Shown piece after piece: positions 18,203-27,593 of a DNA stretch of 49,478 nt. A model generated the notes under the pieces. That model worked only from the letters and a program-made list of their open reading frames with translations. It was not told the origin of the DNA and did not search any database. Within the stretch, counting starts at the first letter, position 1. Every line of letters begins with the position of its first letter. Origin of the DNA: Gemmatimonadales bacterium (lineage in GTDB: Bacteria; Gemmatimonadota; Gemmatimonadetes; Gemmatimonadales; GWC2-71-9); NCBI GenBank assembly GCA_013813435.1, contig JACCRS010000151.1, positions 1 through 49,478 on the forward strand, read 5' to 3'. A program made the position numbers and the translations under genes.

Positions 18203-19197
18203 CACTCATCGCGGTTCTCGGGGCCGGGAGCTGGGGTACCACGCTGGCCAACCTCCTTGCCATCAAAGGCGACACGGTGCGTCTCTGGGCATTCGAGCCC
18301 GAGGCAGTGGAGACGATCAACCGGCGGCACGAGAACACGATGTTCCTTCCAGGTATCTCGCTCTCCCCCGGACTCCGGGCCTATGGAGACGCGCGAGAAG
18401 CGGTAGCAGATGCAACCGTAATTGTATCGGCGGCACCCAGCCACGCGGTTCGATCGGTAGTCCGAGGGCTGAAGGGTCACGTAAGACAGGGGGCCCTCGT
18501 GGTTAGCGCCACGAAGGGAATCGAGACCGACACCCTCGCTCTGATGTCGGGGGTGTTCCAGGAGTGTTTGCCGGAACTTCGATTCGCCGCGCTCTCCGGG
18601 CCCAGCTTTGCGGCCGAGGTGTGCCAAGGGCAGCCTACGCTGGTCGTGGCCGCGTCACGAGACGAAGCAACGGCCCGGGAAGCCCAGCGGATCTTCGCCA
18701 CCCCCCGCTTTCGGGTCTATTGGCACGACGACGTGGTTGGGGTAGAGCTCGCCGGCGCGCTCAAGAACGTCATTGCCATAGCCGCAGGGATTCTGGAGGG
18801 CCTCGGCATGGGTCACAATCCTCGCGCCGCGCTGATCACTCGCGGGCTGGCCGAGATCACCCGTTTGGGCATGGCTTTAGGCGCTAGCCCTCTCACCTTC
18901 GCCGGCCTTGCCGGTATGGGGGATCTCATCCTAACCACAACCGGGAGCCTCAGCCGCAACCGCTCGCTAGGGATGGCGGTGGCTGAGGGGCAGACACTCG
19001 AGATGTACCGTGCAGCTCACCGGAGTGTCGCCGAGGGGGCTAACACATCCAAGGCTGGTACCGCCCTGGGGGTTCAGATGGGCGTGGAGCTTCCCATCAT
19101 CGAGAAAGTCTGTGAAGTTCTGTTCAGGGGAAAACCTGTTCGCGAGGGAATAGCCGAGCTCATGGCACGGGAACTCAAGTCGGAGCAGTGGAGATGA
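18199..19197 (+). CDS. gpsA: NAD(P)H-dependent glycerol-3-phosphate dehydrogenase
   Basis: MTLIAVLGAGSWGTTLANLL Rossmann motif, GALKNVIAIAAG. ATG 18199 overlaps the plsY TGA (ATGA). The upstream part of tracked ORF 17452.. overlaps plsY out of frame and is rejected. Confidence 0.9.
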   Translation: MTLIAVLGAGSWGTTLANLLAIKGDTVRLWAFEPEAVETINRRHENTMFLPGISLSPGLRAYGDAREAVADATVIVSAAPSHAVRSVVRGLKGHVRQGALVVSATKGIETDTLALMSGVFQECLPELRFAALSGPSFAAEVCQGQPTLVVAASRDEATAREAQRIFATPRFRVYWHDDVVGVELAGALKNVIAIAAGILEGLGMGHNPRAALITRGLAEITRLGMALGASPLTFAGLAGMGDLILTTTGSLSRNRSLGMAVAEGQTLEMYRAAHRSVAEGANTSKAGTALGVQMGVELPIIEKVCEVLFRGKPVREGIAELMARELKSEQWR

Positions 19198-19619
19198 CCA
19201 GCACCCGGCCAGTAGTACAGGAATTCTATTCGATTGGTGAAGTCTGCTCGCTTACCGACCTCAAACCTCACGTTCTGCGATATTGGGAAAGCCAGTTCCG
19301 GTTTCTGAACCCCGCTAAGAATCGCTCCGGAAACAGGGTGTACAAGGGCCGGGAGGTCGAGCTGATCATGCTGGTGAAGCACCTTCTCTACACCGAGAAG
19401 TTCACCATCGATGGAGCTCGCCAGAGAATCGACCACTATCGGCGCACTGGAGAGCTCAAGGTCTCGGCTCGGCGGGCGTTCGAGGCCGAGCTGGCTCAGG
19501 AGATCCGGACGACGGTGGAGGAGGTGCTGGGAATCCTGGACGGGAAGATGGGGCAAAGGCACAGTGGGGCAACGGGGCGGCAGGGCAGGAACAGTACACC
19601 ACCTGAACCAACGCCGTAG
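19194..19619 (+). CDS. MerR family transcriptional regulator
   Basis: HTH region FYSIGEVCSLTDLKPHVLRYWESQF...NRSGNRVYKGREVELI. ATG 19194 overlaps the gpsA TGA (ATGA). Confidence 0.75.
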   Translation: MTSTRPVVQEFYSIGEVCSLTDLKPHVLRYWESQFRFLNPAKNRSGNRVYKGREVELIMLVKHLLYTEKFTIDGARQRIDHYRRTGELKVSARRAFEAELAQEIRTTVEEVLGILDGKMGQRHSGATGRQGRNSTPPEPTP

Positions 19620-19657
19620 GTGTCAGCCGACCCGCCGCGCTGTCTCGCCGCCCCGCT

Positions 19658-20407
19658 ATGAACATATTGGTCAGCAATGACGATGGCGTACTCGCTCCCG
19701 GTATCGCGCTTCTGGCTGACGTGTGCCGGGAGGTTGGCAACGTTACGGTAGTGGCCCCGGATCGAGAGCAGAGCGGCACCTCACACTCGCTCACGCTGCA
19801 TCGCCCGCTCCGGCCGATGCGCCGGCCCGACGGCGGCTGGCAGATCGACGGCACACCCACCGATTGTGCCATGCTTGCAATTCAGGCACTAATGCCCGAG
19901 CGCCCGGACTTTGTGTTCTCTGGCGTGAATCACGGTCCCAATATGGGTGAGGACGTGCTCTACTCCGGAACGGTTGCGGCGGCCATGGAGGCAGTAACCC
20001 TCGGAGTTCCGGGGATTGCTATATCCTTCGCCGGCAATCAGCCCGAGACCATGGCGACATACCGGGCGCTGTTACTTGAGCTGGTTCAGCGCGTCACGCG
20101 GGTACGCGACTTTCCGGAGCAGATGCTGCTCAACATAAATCTTCCGAGGGTCCCCGCCTCAGAGGTCAAGGGAATTCAGGTAACCAAGCTCGGCAGCCGT
20201 TTCTTCTCCGAGTCGCTGACGAGGATGAAAGATCCCTGGGGACGGGAGATCTTCTGGATCGGTGGGGGGACCATCACCTGGACCGGCGGAGAGAACTCCG
20301 ATCATCTTGCGGTCGCCGAAGGATTCGTGTCGGTTACGCCGCTGCATATGGATCTGACCAACTACTCTCTGCTGGAAACGGTGCGGGGATGGTCGCTGGA
20401 GGGGTAG
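19658..20407 (+). CDS. surE: 5'/3'-nucleotidase SurE
   Basis: MNILVSNDDGVLAPGI and SGVNHGPNMGEDVLYSGTVAAAMEA are SurE signatures. Confidence 0.9.
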   Translation: MNILVSNDDGVLAPGIALLADVCREVGNVTVVAPDREQSGTSHSLTLHRPLRPMRRPDGGWQIDGTPTDCAMLAIQALMPERPDFVFSGVNHGPNMGEDVLYSGTVAAAMEAVTLGVPGIAISFAGNQPETMATYRALLLELVQRVTRVRDFPEQMLLNINLPRVPASEVKGIQVTKLGSRFFSESLTRMKDPWGREIFWIGGGTITWTGGENSDHLAVAEGFVSVTPLHMDLTNYSLLETVRGWSLEG

Positions 20408-21057
20408 GGGAGGGGGACAGCTACGGCGGCTATCGCACCCGGCTGGTCGAAACCCTCCAAAGCAAGGGAGTGAGAGACCTTTCGGTGCTGCGAGCCATCC
20501 AGATGGTGCCGCGGCACCTTTTTGTGCCGGAGAGCGTCCGGCACCGCGCGTACGACGACGCGGCACTGCCCATCGGCAGCGGGCAGACGATCTCGCAGCC
20601 GTATGTGCAGGCGCGTTATCTGGAGCTCATTGGTCTGACGGGCCAGGAGAAGGTACTCGAGATCGGCACCGGTTCAGGTTATCAGACCGCCTTGCTTTCG
20701 CTGGTAGCCAGCATGGTGTTCAGCGTAGAGCGGGTGGCTGGTCTAGCTCAAAGTGCCCGCACCGCCCTTGCGACGGCTGGGATTCGGAACGTCACGGTGC
20801 TGGTAGGTGATGGCTCTCTGGGGTGGCGTCCCTTCGCTCCATACGACGCTATCCTGGTCTCCGCGGCCTCGCCAGAGGTGCCGGCACCTCTGGTTGACCA
20901 GTTGGCGCCTGGGGGGCGGATGGTCATCCCTCTGGGCGATCGATCATCACAGGTCCTGACGCTCGTAGAGCGCCTTGCTGACGGCGTCCGGACCAGCACC
21001 ATCGCCGATGTCCGGTTCGTGCCCCTGGTCGGCGAGTTCGGCTTTCGCCAAGAATAG
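20389..21057 (+). CDS. pcm: protein-L-isoaspartate O-methyltransferase
   Basis: [21 protein letters not shown] motif [15 protein letters not shown], classic surE-pcm adjacency. The exact start is uncertain (GTG 20389 overlaps surE by 19 nt). Confidence 0.85.
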   Translation: MVAGGVGEGDSYGGYRTRLVETLQSKGVRDLSVLRAIQMVPRHLFVPESVRHRAYDDAALPIGSGQTISQPYVQARYLELIGLTGQEKVLEIGTGSGYQTALLSLVASMVFSVERVAGLAQSARTALATAGIRNVTVLVGDGSLGWRPFAPYDAILVSAASPEVPAPLVDQLAPGGRMVIPLGDRSSQVLTLVERLADGVRTSTIADVRFVPLVGEFGFRQE

Positions 21058-21075
21058 AGCCTACGGAGACTACGC

Positions 21076-21717
21076 ATGGATCTGCTCCACAGCATCGTCG
21101 ACCTCTTTCTGCACCTGGACCAGCACCTGGGACAGTTGATCTCACAGTATGGAACCTGGACTCATCTAATCCTGTTCTTAATTGTTTTCTGCGAAACGGG
21201 ACTCGTCATCACACCGTTTCTGCCGGGCGATTCGCTGCTCTTCGCAGCCGGCACGTTCGCGGCGCTTGGCGCACTGGACCTGTGGATCGTCGTAGTCCTG
21301 TTGATCGTGGCTGCCATCATCGGCGACACCGTGAACTACTGGATCGGCTCGTACATTGGACCCCGGGCGTTCAGGGGAGACATGCGTTTCTTGCGGAAGG
21401 AGTATCTCGACCGAACTCACGCCTTCTACGAAAAACACGGGGGGAAAACGATAATTCTGGCGCGGTTCGTTCCGATCATCCGAACTTTCGCTCCGTTCGT
21501 TGCCGGGGTCGGGGCCATGAGTTATGGGAAGTTCATCACCTACAACGTTGTCGGTGCCGTGCTCTGGGTGGGGCTCTTCGTTCTGGGCGGTTACTTCTTC
21601 GGCAACATCCCTGTGGTCCGGGAGAACTTCACGATCGTGATCCTTGCGATCATCGCAATCTCAGTACTGCCAATTGCGGTCGAAGCCTTGCGCGCCCGGC
21701 GGAGCCGACCCGCGTGA
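21076..21717 (+). CDS. DedA family membrane protein
   Basis: [22 protein letters not shown] and [18 protein letters not shown] motifs. Polytopic. Confidence 0.8.
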   Translation: MDLLHSIVDLFLHLDQHLGQLISQYGTWTHLILFLIVFCETGLVITPFLPGDSLLFAAGTFAALGALDLWIVVVLLIVAAIIGDTVNYWIGSYIGPRAFRGDMRFLRKEYLDRTHAFYEKHGGKTIILARFVPIIRTFAPFVAGVGAMSYGKFITYNVVGAVLWVGLFVLGGYFFGNIPVVRENFTIVILAIIAISVLPIAVEALRARRSRPA

Positions 21718-21983
21718 CCAGGCGGTTCGTGGTTTTCGGGACGGTACAGGGGGTGGGATTTCGCTGGTTCGTCGCCCGGCACGCAAAAGCACTCGGATTT
21801 CGGGGGTATGCTCGAAACCTTCCGGATGGAAGCGTGGAAGTGGTGGCGGACGGGCGGGAGGAATCGCTCCCGGAACTGGAGCGCCTGCTACAAGCCGGCC
21901 CTGCCAACGCTCAGGTTGAGCGGGTCGAGCAATCTCTCGAAGCGGGCAGGATTCCAACCGGAAAGAGCTTTGATGTGCTCTGA
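21714..21983 (+). CDS. acyP: acylphosphatase
   Basis: GTG 21714 overlaps the dedA TGA (GTGA). [13 protein letters not shown]...[13 protein letters not shown] signature. 89 aa. Confidence 0.8.
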   Translation: MTRRFVVFGTVQGVGFRWFVARHAKALGFRGYARNLPDGSVEVVADGREESLPELERLLQAGPANAQVERVEQSLEAGRIPTGKSFDVL

Positions 21984-22013
21984 TCCCGATTTCACCCCAG
22001 ATTCCCAGCCTGA

Positions 22014-22541
22014 ATGACCTCAGTGGCGAAACGGGTGCGGGAGTGCCTTCGCGCCATTCCGGATTACCCAAAAGCCGGGATCCTCTTCCAGGACATCACT
22101 CCGGTGCTCCGCGATGGGCAGCTACTGGCAGACGTGGTTGCCGAAATGATACGCCCATTTCGCGGCCGCGATGTAACCCACGTGTTGGGAATCGAAGCCC
22201 GAGGCTTCATCCTGGGGGGGGCGGCCGCAATAGCGCTGGGCGCCGGCTTCGTTCCCGCGAGGAAGCCCGGCAAGTTGCCCTGGGAGCGGGCGACCGAATC
22301 CTACGATCTCGAGTACGGAAGCGATTCCCTGGAGGCCCATCGGGATTCCTGGCCCCGGGGAAGCCGGGTCCTGGTAGTCGACGATGTGTTAGCGACCGGC
22401 GGCACGGCCCGGGCGGCGGGGCAGCTCACGCTGACCCTGGGTGGGGAGCTGGTAGGATGGAGCTTTCTACTTGAGATCGGAGGACTGGCGGGAGGTGAGC
22501 GGCTCTCAGGGGCCCTATGGCGCGCTTTGGTGACGATCTAA
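22014..22541 (+). CDS. apt: adenine phosphoribosyltransferase
   Basis: IPDYPKAGILFQDITP, PRPP-binding VLVVDDVLATGGTA. 175 aa. Confidence 0.9.
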   Translation: MTSVAKRVRECLRAIPDYPKAGILFQDITPVLRDGQLLADVVAEMIRPFRGRDVTHVLGIEARGFILGGAAAIALGAGFVPARKPGKLPWERATESYDLEYGSDSLEAHRDSWPRGSRVLVVDDVLATGGTARAAGQLTLTLGGELVGWSFLLEIGGLAGGERLSGALWRALVTI

Positions 22542-22672
22542 AAGGCAGGCTTGCCTACGCGGCTGCGAATGTGGCACCTTTCCGGCCGGCCGTATGAACG
22601 CATTAGATCGATAGGTGAGAAGCTAGTTGAAGCCGCTTTAGTAGAACCTGACCTGCCAAGCACTTACGTTTA

Positions 22673-22746
22673 GCCCCCGTAGCTCAGATGGATAGAGCAG
22701 CAGTTTCCTAAACTGTTGGCCGCGTGTTCGAGTCACGCCGGGGGCA
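22673..22746 (+). tRNA. tRNA-Arg (anticodon CCT)
   Basis: 74-nt cloverleaf: acceptor GCCCCCG/CGGGGGC, D-arm GCTC-AGATGGATA-GAGC, anticodon stem GCAGT/ACTGT with loop TTCCTAA, T-arm GCGTG-TTCGAGT-CACGC, discriminator A. Confidence 0.9.
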
Positions 22747-22855
22747 CTCCCGAAGACGTCCGCGACGGCAGTTTCAGTTCAGTATCGCCGTCCGCCGTAT
22801 TATCATAGAACGCTGAAGCAAAGCTTCGAGCGTCCATCAACCTCAGGCAAAGAAC

Positions 22856-23518
22856 GTGATGGCAACAACGGTGGAAGCGACCCGGACCCAGCCAGCTGCC
22901 GCACCAGCCTCTATTCCTTGGCACCACAACCGCCAGCGGTACATTGCTGCCGGCCTGGTCATCCTCGCGCTCAGCGCGCTGGCAGTCTGGTTTGTGGTGG
23001 CGAGCGGAAGGCGCAAGGAGGAGTTCGCGGCGCGCAGTCTCAATCAAGCTCGCGTCGCCGCGGAGGCAGGGAACCTTCCACTGGCTTCGAGTGAGCTGCA
23101 AAAGCTCATCGCTGCCTACAAGGGCACCGACGCGGCAAGCGAAGCGGTCATAACGCTGAACCAGGTGCGTATGATCAATGGGCAGAGTGAGCTCGCGGCG
23201 GTGGGACTTCGGGAGTTCCTCAACGGCAAACCCTCGGAGCAGTACCGAACTCCGGCTTCCGGGTTGTTGGCTGCCGCCCTGGAGAACTCGAAGCGCTGGG
23301 TCGAGGCCGGGAATACCTACACGGAGGCCTCCAACGCGGCCGAGGTGGAGTACCTGAAGGCGAAATACCTGGTGGATGCCGGGAGGGCGTTTCGCCACGG
23401 AGGGAGGGCCGAGGAGGCCGCCCGCGCCTATAGGACATTGCTGGAGAAGTATCCCAAGTCGCCCAGCGTGACCGAAGCCAAGGTGCGCCTGGCCGAGCTT
23501 ACCGATGGAAAGATGTAG
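22856..23518 (+). CDS. membrane-anchored TPR-like protein (YfgM-like architecture)
   Basis: Short N-terminal segment, one TM helix (YIAAGLVILALSALAVWFVV), then a helical TPR-like periplasmic part ending AKVRLAELTDGKM. Family assignment is tentative. Confidence 0.55.
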   Translation: MMATTVEATRTQPAAAPASIPWHHNRQRYIAAGLVILALSALAVWFVVASGRRKEEFAARSLNQARVAAEAGNLPLASSELQKLIAAYKGTDAASEAVITLNQVRMINGQSELAAVGLREFLNGKPSEQYRTPASGLLAAALENSKRWVEAGNTYTEASNAAEVEYLKAKYLVDAGRAFRHGGRAEEAARAYRTLLEKYPKSPSVTEAKVRLAELTDGKM

Positions 23519-23589
23519 CTGGGCCTGATTGGCGGTTTTTTTGATGACATTGGAAAAACGACGTATAAGATAGATTATGTTAAGTAGGG

Positions 23590-23628
23590 TTGGGGAAAAC
23601 TGTGGAGAACTGTGGAATTCTTCCCCAA
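23590..23628. terminator. hairpin in an AT-rich convergent spacer; possible terminator of the long minus-strand array
   Basis: TTGGGGAA (23590-23597) pairs with TTCCCCAA (23621-23628). The loop carries the direct repeat AACTGTGGA-G-AACTGTGGA. It lies ~40 nt past the dapF stop. No clear U-tract. Confidence 0.3.
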
Positions 23629-23669
23629 TCTGGCTATAAGCTATTGGTAACGCAGGAGTTGGACGTTCC

Positions 23670-24485
23670 TCACTTCTCCGCCGCCTTCCCCTCCCACACT
23701 CCACGGAAAAGCAGCCGCCCTTCACCACCCAGCCAAATTTCAGTAGCGCGTGACCCTTCCAGCTCGGCTCTGACGCGCAACTCTGGCCCCCCCCTGCTGC
23801 GGAACGACATCGGAAGAGTGCCCTCCCCGCGGGCCGCTAGTGCCAAAGCCGCTGCTACTGTTCCGGTTCCGCAGGCCAACGTTTCGCCTTCCACACCGCG
23901 TTCGAAGGTTCGGATGAGCCAAGGACCGGGCGGATCAGGCTGAGGGCAGACGAAGTTCACGTTAGCACCGACCGGTCCTGCCCCAGGGTGGGACCGCAGA
24001 AATCGGCCTCGACCCAAGACATCAATGGACTCGATGTCGTCCACCCGGACCACCAGATGAGGCACCCCGACTGCGCCGAGCGATAGCCAGTATTCCCCCG
24101 TACTCGGCTCGAGGCCGGGGGGTTCTCGAGGCAGTTCTACGTCGGGGAGATTGATCTCCGCCAAGTCAGCATGTGCCAGGGAGATTACCCGCACCAGCCC
24201 GGCATCGGTGAGCAAGGAGAACTCGCCCGGTGGTACCATTTCCAGCTCGACCGAAAGCCGCCCGCTACAAAGCGCGGCATTGCCGCACATGGCACCGTGG
24301 GATCCGTCAGAGTTCCAGTACGACATGCGGACGGCTCCGGGCGTCCCTGGCGTGAGGATTACCAGACCATCGGCCCCAATCCCATTGCGGCGGTCGCAGA
24401 TGGCCCGCACCCGGGAAGGAGCCCAACGCTCCGGGGTTGTGGCGCGGCCATCGAGCACCACAAAATCGTTGCCCGAGCCGGTCAT
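23670..24485 (-). CDS. dapF: diaminopimelate epimerase
   Basis: MTGSGNDFVVLDG, catalytic-Cys motifs MCGNAALC and LACGTGTVAAA. ATG 24485 lies downstream of GAGGAA and just after the upstream stop; the longer tracked ORF overlaps the preceding gene. Confidence 0.85.
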   Translation of the reverse strand: MTGSGNDFVVLDGRATTPERWAPSRVRAICDRRNGIGADGLVILTPGTPGAVRMSYWNSDGSHGAMCGNAALCSGRLSVELEMVPPGEFSLLTDAGLVRVISLAHADLAEINLPDVELPREPPGLEPSTGEYWLSLGAVGVPHLVVRVDDIESIDVLGRGRFLRSHPGAGPVGANVNFVCPQPDPPGPWLIRTFERGVEGETLACGTGTVAAALALAARGEGTLPMSFRSRGGPELRVRAELEGSRATEIWLGGEGRLLFRGVWEGKAAEK

Positions 24486-24505
24486 CTTGTAGAACAGGGT
24501 TCCTC

Positions 24506-25249
24506 TCAGATCCGGCCCATGAGGGATTGAAGACGTAGCCACCAGACCATCCAGATGGCCTCCCGCACGATGCGTTTGTTCATCTTGCTCTGCCCCTCGA
24601 CCCGGTCGGTAAACACGATGGGGATCTCCATCAGGCGGTAGCCCTTCTTCCACGCCCGAAAGCTCATCTCGATCTGGAAGGAGTAGCCGTTGGAGCGCAC
24701 CTTCTCGAAATCGATGGCCTCGAGCACCTCCCGACGAAAGCACTTGAAACCGCCGGTCGAATCCTCCAGCGGCAGTCCGGTAATCCAGCGGGCGTACTGA
24801 TTTGCGCCGATCGAGAGCAAGAGCCGGGAGATTGGCCAATTGATCACGTTCACGCCGGTCCGATAGCGGGAGCCGATGACCAGATCGGCATCGTTGGCCG
24901 CGCGCATGAAGTCGCCCAGAAATTTGGGATCGTGCGAAAAGTCCGCATCCATCTCGAAAATGAGGTCGTACCTACGCTCCAGGGCCCAGCGGAACCCAGC
25001 CAGATACGCCTTTCCCAACCCTGACTTCGCGGGACGGTGCAGCACATGCACGCGTTGCGTCGACGCCGCCAGTTCGTCGGCCAGGTGACCAGTGCCGTCC
25101 GGCGAATTGTCGTCCACCACAAGAACTTCCAGCCGGGGGTCCTGTTGCAGGATAGCGGGCACCACGAGCGGAAGGTTGACCCGCTCGTTGTAGGTGGGCA
25201 CTACCACGAGAAGTCGCTCAGCCACGAGGGCGGCGGAGGTACAGGACAC
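24506..25249 (-). CDS. GT2 polyprenol-phosphate mannosyl/glycosyl-transferase (Ppm1/DPM1-like, soluble)
   Basis: LLVVVPTYNERVNLPLVV...VLVVDDNSPDGTG...FEMDADFSHDP, a GT-A DxD fold. No C-terminal TM helices. It overlaps the preceding YfhO-like gene by 32 nt. Confidence 0.8.
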   Translation of the reverse strand: MSCTSAALVAERLLVVVPTYNERVNLPLVVPAILQQDPRLEVLVVDDNSPDGTGHLADELAASTQRVHVLHRPAKSGLGKAYLAGFRWALERRYDLIFEMDADFSHDPKFLGDFMRAANDADLVIGSRYRTGVNVINWPISRLLLSIGANQYARWITGLPLEDSTGGFKCFRREVLEAIDFEKVRSNGYSFQIEMSFRAWKKGYRLMEIPIVFTDRVEGQSKMNKRIVREAIWMVWWLRLQSLMGRI

Positions 25250-27593
25250 CTCCGAGCAGGGTCACCAGGATGACGGCTCCCCAGGTAAGCAGGGTGAGCG
25301 TGGCCGCAAGACGCACGATCGCGGGACGATACCGCATCACCACCCGATGTTCCCCGCTTCGCGTCAGAGGCACTGCCATGAGAGCGTGGTTAGCCCGAAG
25401 CACGGGCGCTGGAACTCCATCTATCTCCGCCTTCCAGGACGGGTGGTAAGAGCGGCTTACGTGCAGCAGTGCCGGGCCGGTGACGCGTACCCGTACGGCT
25501 AGCGTATCGTCACCGTTGCCTTCGATGGTTGCCGTGCCGGTGCCGCCCGCCTGGCCCAGGGCCAGAACGGGCTCTTCCACAATGGTGACCTTGCCAGGAT
25601 CGAAGGTCGGCGACCAGAGACTCGATATCCTGCGTGCCGAATCGGGCTCCACCTGAACTTCGGGTACGACAGCAACGCCTGGCAGCGCCGCGTCGTTGGC
25701 GTACACCGCCACCCGCTCATCCGAGCCCAATAGACGGAACCCCGGAAGCTCCACCTGCCCCGGCAGGAGAACGTAGCGGGCGGCCAGGGCGCGCAATGCG
25801 GCACTGCTGAGAAACCCAACCCAGTACTGCTCTAGCTCGGTGGTGGTGCGGGCAGACTGCCGAGAGGTGTAACGGGTGAGGTCGTTGTACCAACGCAGTT
25901 GGTTGCCATGATAGCCAAACACCTCGGGAACTCCGTAGCTCGCCAGAAATCCTTCGGGGTAGACGCCACCCACGCTGAGCACACGCTCTCCTGGAACCAG
26001 GCGGGCTCGCAGTGCCTCTATTCCTTGATCCTGAGGGAAGAACTCTTCGTAGCGGACAATCTGAATGTAGCGGTGGTCGACCCGCATCAGGTCCAGCGCG
26101 GTGAGCACCGTGAAGATGATGACGACGTGTGTCGTCCGGAGCGTACCGCGGCCCCAGAGATACACGGCGGCCCAGGCCGCCGCGCAGATCAGTGCCACGA
26201 TCAGGGCACCCGCAGCCAGCCTCGGAACGTTGGCGGCGAACGCAACCGCCCTGTCACCCCCATCGGCACCGCCGAAGATGGAGCTCCAGATCGCATAGAG
26301 GCCTGTGCCGGAGGCCAACGTCAACACCGCGATCAGCAAAGCGGTCCCCGCACCAGTGGCGAGACCGGCTGACATGGCGCGGCGGGCCCGGATATCGCCC
26401 TCGGCCAGGGCTCGCTCAATCAGCAGGGCCGCGAGGAGGGTCAAGGCAACGATGGCCAGATATGTGGCCAAGCTCGGCGCCCGGAAATTCTTGAGGCCAG
26501 GCACGACCGAGTAAAGCAGTCGGAACGCGGGTGTGCCCGAGCCGAGGGCGTACAGCAGTGCCACCGCGGCGAGCGTGGCCAGGCCCCAGCGTCTTCGATC
26601 TCCTTTCAGCCCAGCCAACGCGGCAACGCCCAACACCAGCACCAGCGCGCCCCCGTACTCGGAGTTGTGCTTGAACGGGTTCTTCCCCCAATACGTCTGC
26701 GATTGCACGTCGGTTCCGGAAAACTCAGGGACGAACAGGGATACCGCCTCCTCCGCATGCAGCGACCAGCTGGCCGAGTACTCGAACCCACGTCCTGGGC
26801 CGGCCCGGGGAGAGTCTTCTCGGAGATATCGATACATCGGCAGCAGCACTACCGCTGCAATGCCTGCGGCCGTTACTACAGCGACCATGCCACCGGCGAG
26901 CCCGTGGGCCAGAAAAGCACCTCCCTGGCGTCGTCCATTCCATAGCGTAGCCAGGGCGTAAACCGCCAGCGTGATATAGGCGTAATACGCGAGCTGTGGA
27001 TGAGCCACCACCATCAGCCCCGCAACCACCCCGAGCCAGAGAAACCGCACCCAGGAATGACGTCCCAGCGCTGTCACCAGCAGCCAGAGTGCGGCCGGAA
27101 ACAAGGCGGTGACGTACATCTTGCCGTCCTGCCCGCCCCAAACAAGGCTCACTAGATTGGCGGAGAGCAGATACGCCGAGCCGGCGAAGAGCGCCACCAT
27201 GCGTCTGGTACCGAAAGCGCGAGCGGCGAGGTACATGAATACCCCGGCGAGGTAGACGTGCAGAATCAGCTTCCACGCCAGGGCAGCGGTCAGGGGCAGC
27301 AGGAAGTGCAGTATCGAAGCCGGATAAAGAATGTCGCCGCTGCCGGCTTCGACGGTGGGCACTCCGCCGAAGAGGTACGGATTCCAGAGCGGCAGACGGC
27401 CAAGTGCGCGGATGTGCTCGACGAAGAACTTGCGGAACATGACGCCGGCCGCGATGGTGTCCTGACCCAGGAGCATCGTGCCCTCACCGCTCACGAGGTA
27501 CTCGCGAAACAAGATCAGGGTAAGGGCACCCATTACCACAAACGGAACCCATCGAGGGATCTGGTCCAGCTCGGACGGCTGCGGCTGCTCCAC
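25218..27593 (-). CDS. YfhO-like polytopic membrane protein (GT-C-type glycosyltransferase candidate)
   Basis: 791 aa. The N-terminal two thirds are multi-TM (LWNPYLFGGVPTVEAGSGDILYP near the first loop), followed by a soluble C-terminal domain and a final TM. GTG 27593 directly abuts the upstream TGA. Family call by architecture/motif only. Confidence 0.5.
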   Translation of the reverse strand: MEQPQPSELDQIPRWVPFVVMGALTLILFREYLVSGEGTMLLGQDTIAAGVMFRKFFVEHIRALGRLPLWNPYLFGGVPTVEAGSGDILYPASILHFLLPLTAALAWKLILHVYLAGVFMYLAARAFGTRRMVALFAGSAYLLSANLVSLVWGGQDGKMYVTALFPAALWLLVTALGRHSWVRFLWLGVVAGLMVVAHPQLAYYAYITLAVYALATLWNGRRQGGAFLAHGLAGGMVAVVTAAGIAAVVLLPMYRYLREDSPRAGPGRGFEYSASWSLHAEEAVSLFVPEFSGTDVQSQTYWGKNPFKHNSEYGGALVLVLGVAALAGLKGDRRRWGLATLAAVALLYALGSGTPAFRLLYSVVPGLKNFRAPSLATYLAIVALTLLAALLIERALAEGDIRARRAMSAGLATGAGTALLIAVLTLASGTGLYAIWSSIFGGADGGDRAVAFAANVPRLAAGALIVALICAAAWAAVYLWGRGTLRTTHVVIIFTVLTALDLMRVDHRYIQIVRYEEFFPQDQGIEALRARLVPGERVLSVGGVYPEGFLASYGVPEVFGYHGNQLRWYNDLTRYTSRQSARTTTELEQYWVGFLSSAALRALAARYVLLPGQVELPGFRLLGSDERVAVYANDAALPGVAVVPEVQVEPDSARRISSLWSPTFDPGKVTIVEEPVLALGQAGGTGTATIEGNGDDTLAVRVRVTGPALLHVSRSYHPSWKAEIDGVPAPVLRANHALMAVPLTRSGEHRVVMRYRPAIVRLAATLTLLTWGAVILVTLLGGVLYLRRPRG

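Noticed and set aside
22573-22587. TGGCACCTTTCCGGC, a sigma-54 -24-like motif upstream of tRNA-Arg
   Set aside because: The -24 half is perfect but the -12 half is CGGC instead of TTGC, and a sigma-54-dependent tRNA promoter is implausible.
23521-23545. T7 run after the YfgM-like gene as an intrinsic terminator
   Set aside because: The preceding sequence forms at best a 3-4 bp GC stem, so it is not convincing as a Rho-independent terminator.
22733-23728. 331-aa minus-strand ORF
   Set aside because: It is antisense to the YfgM-like gene and runs into tRNA-Arg. There is no recognisable motif, and the composition is typical of spurious high-GC ORFs.
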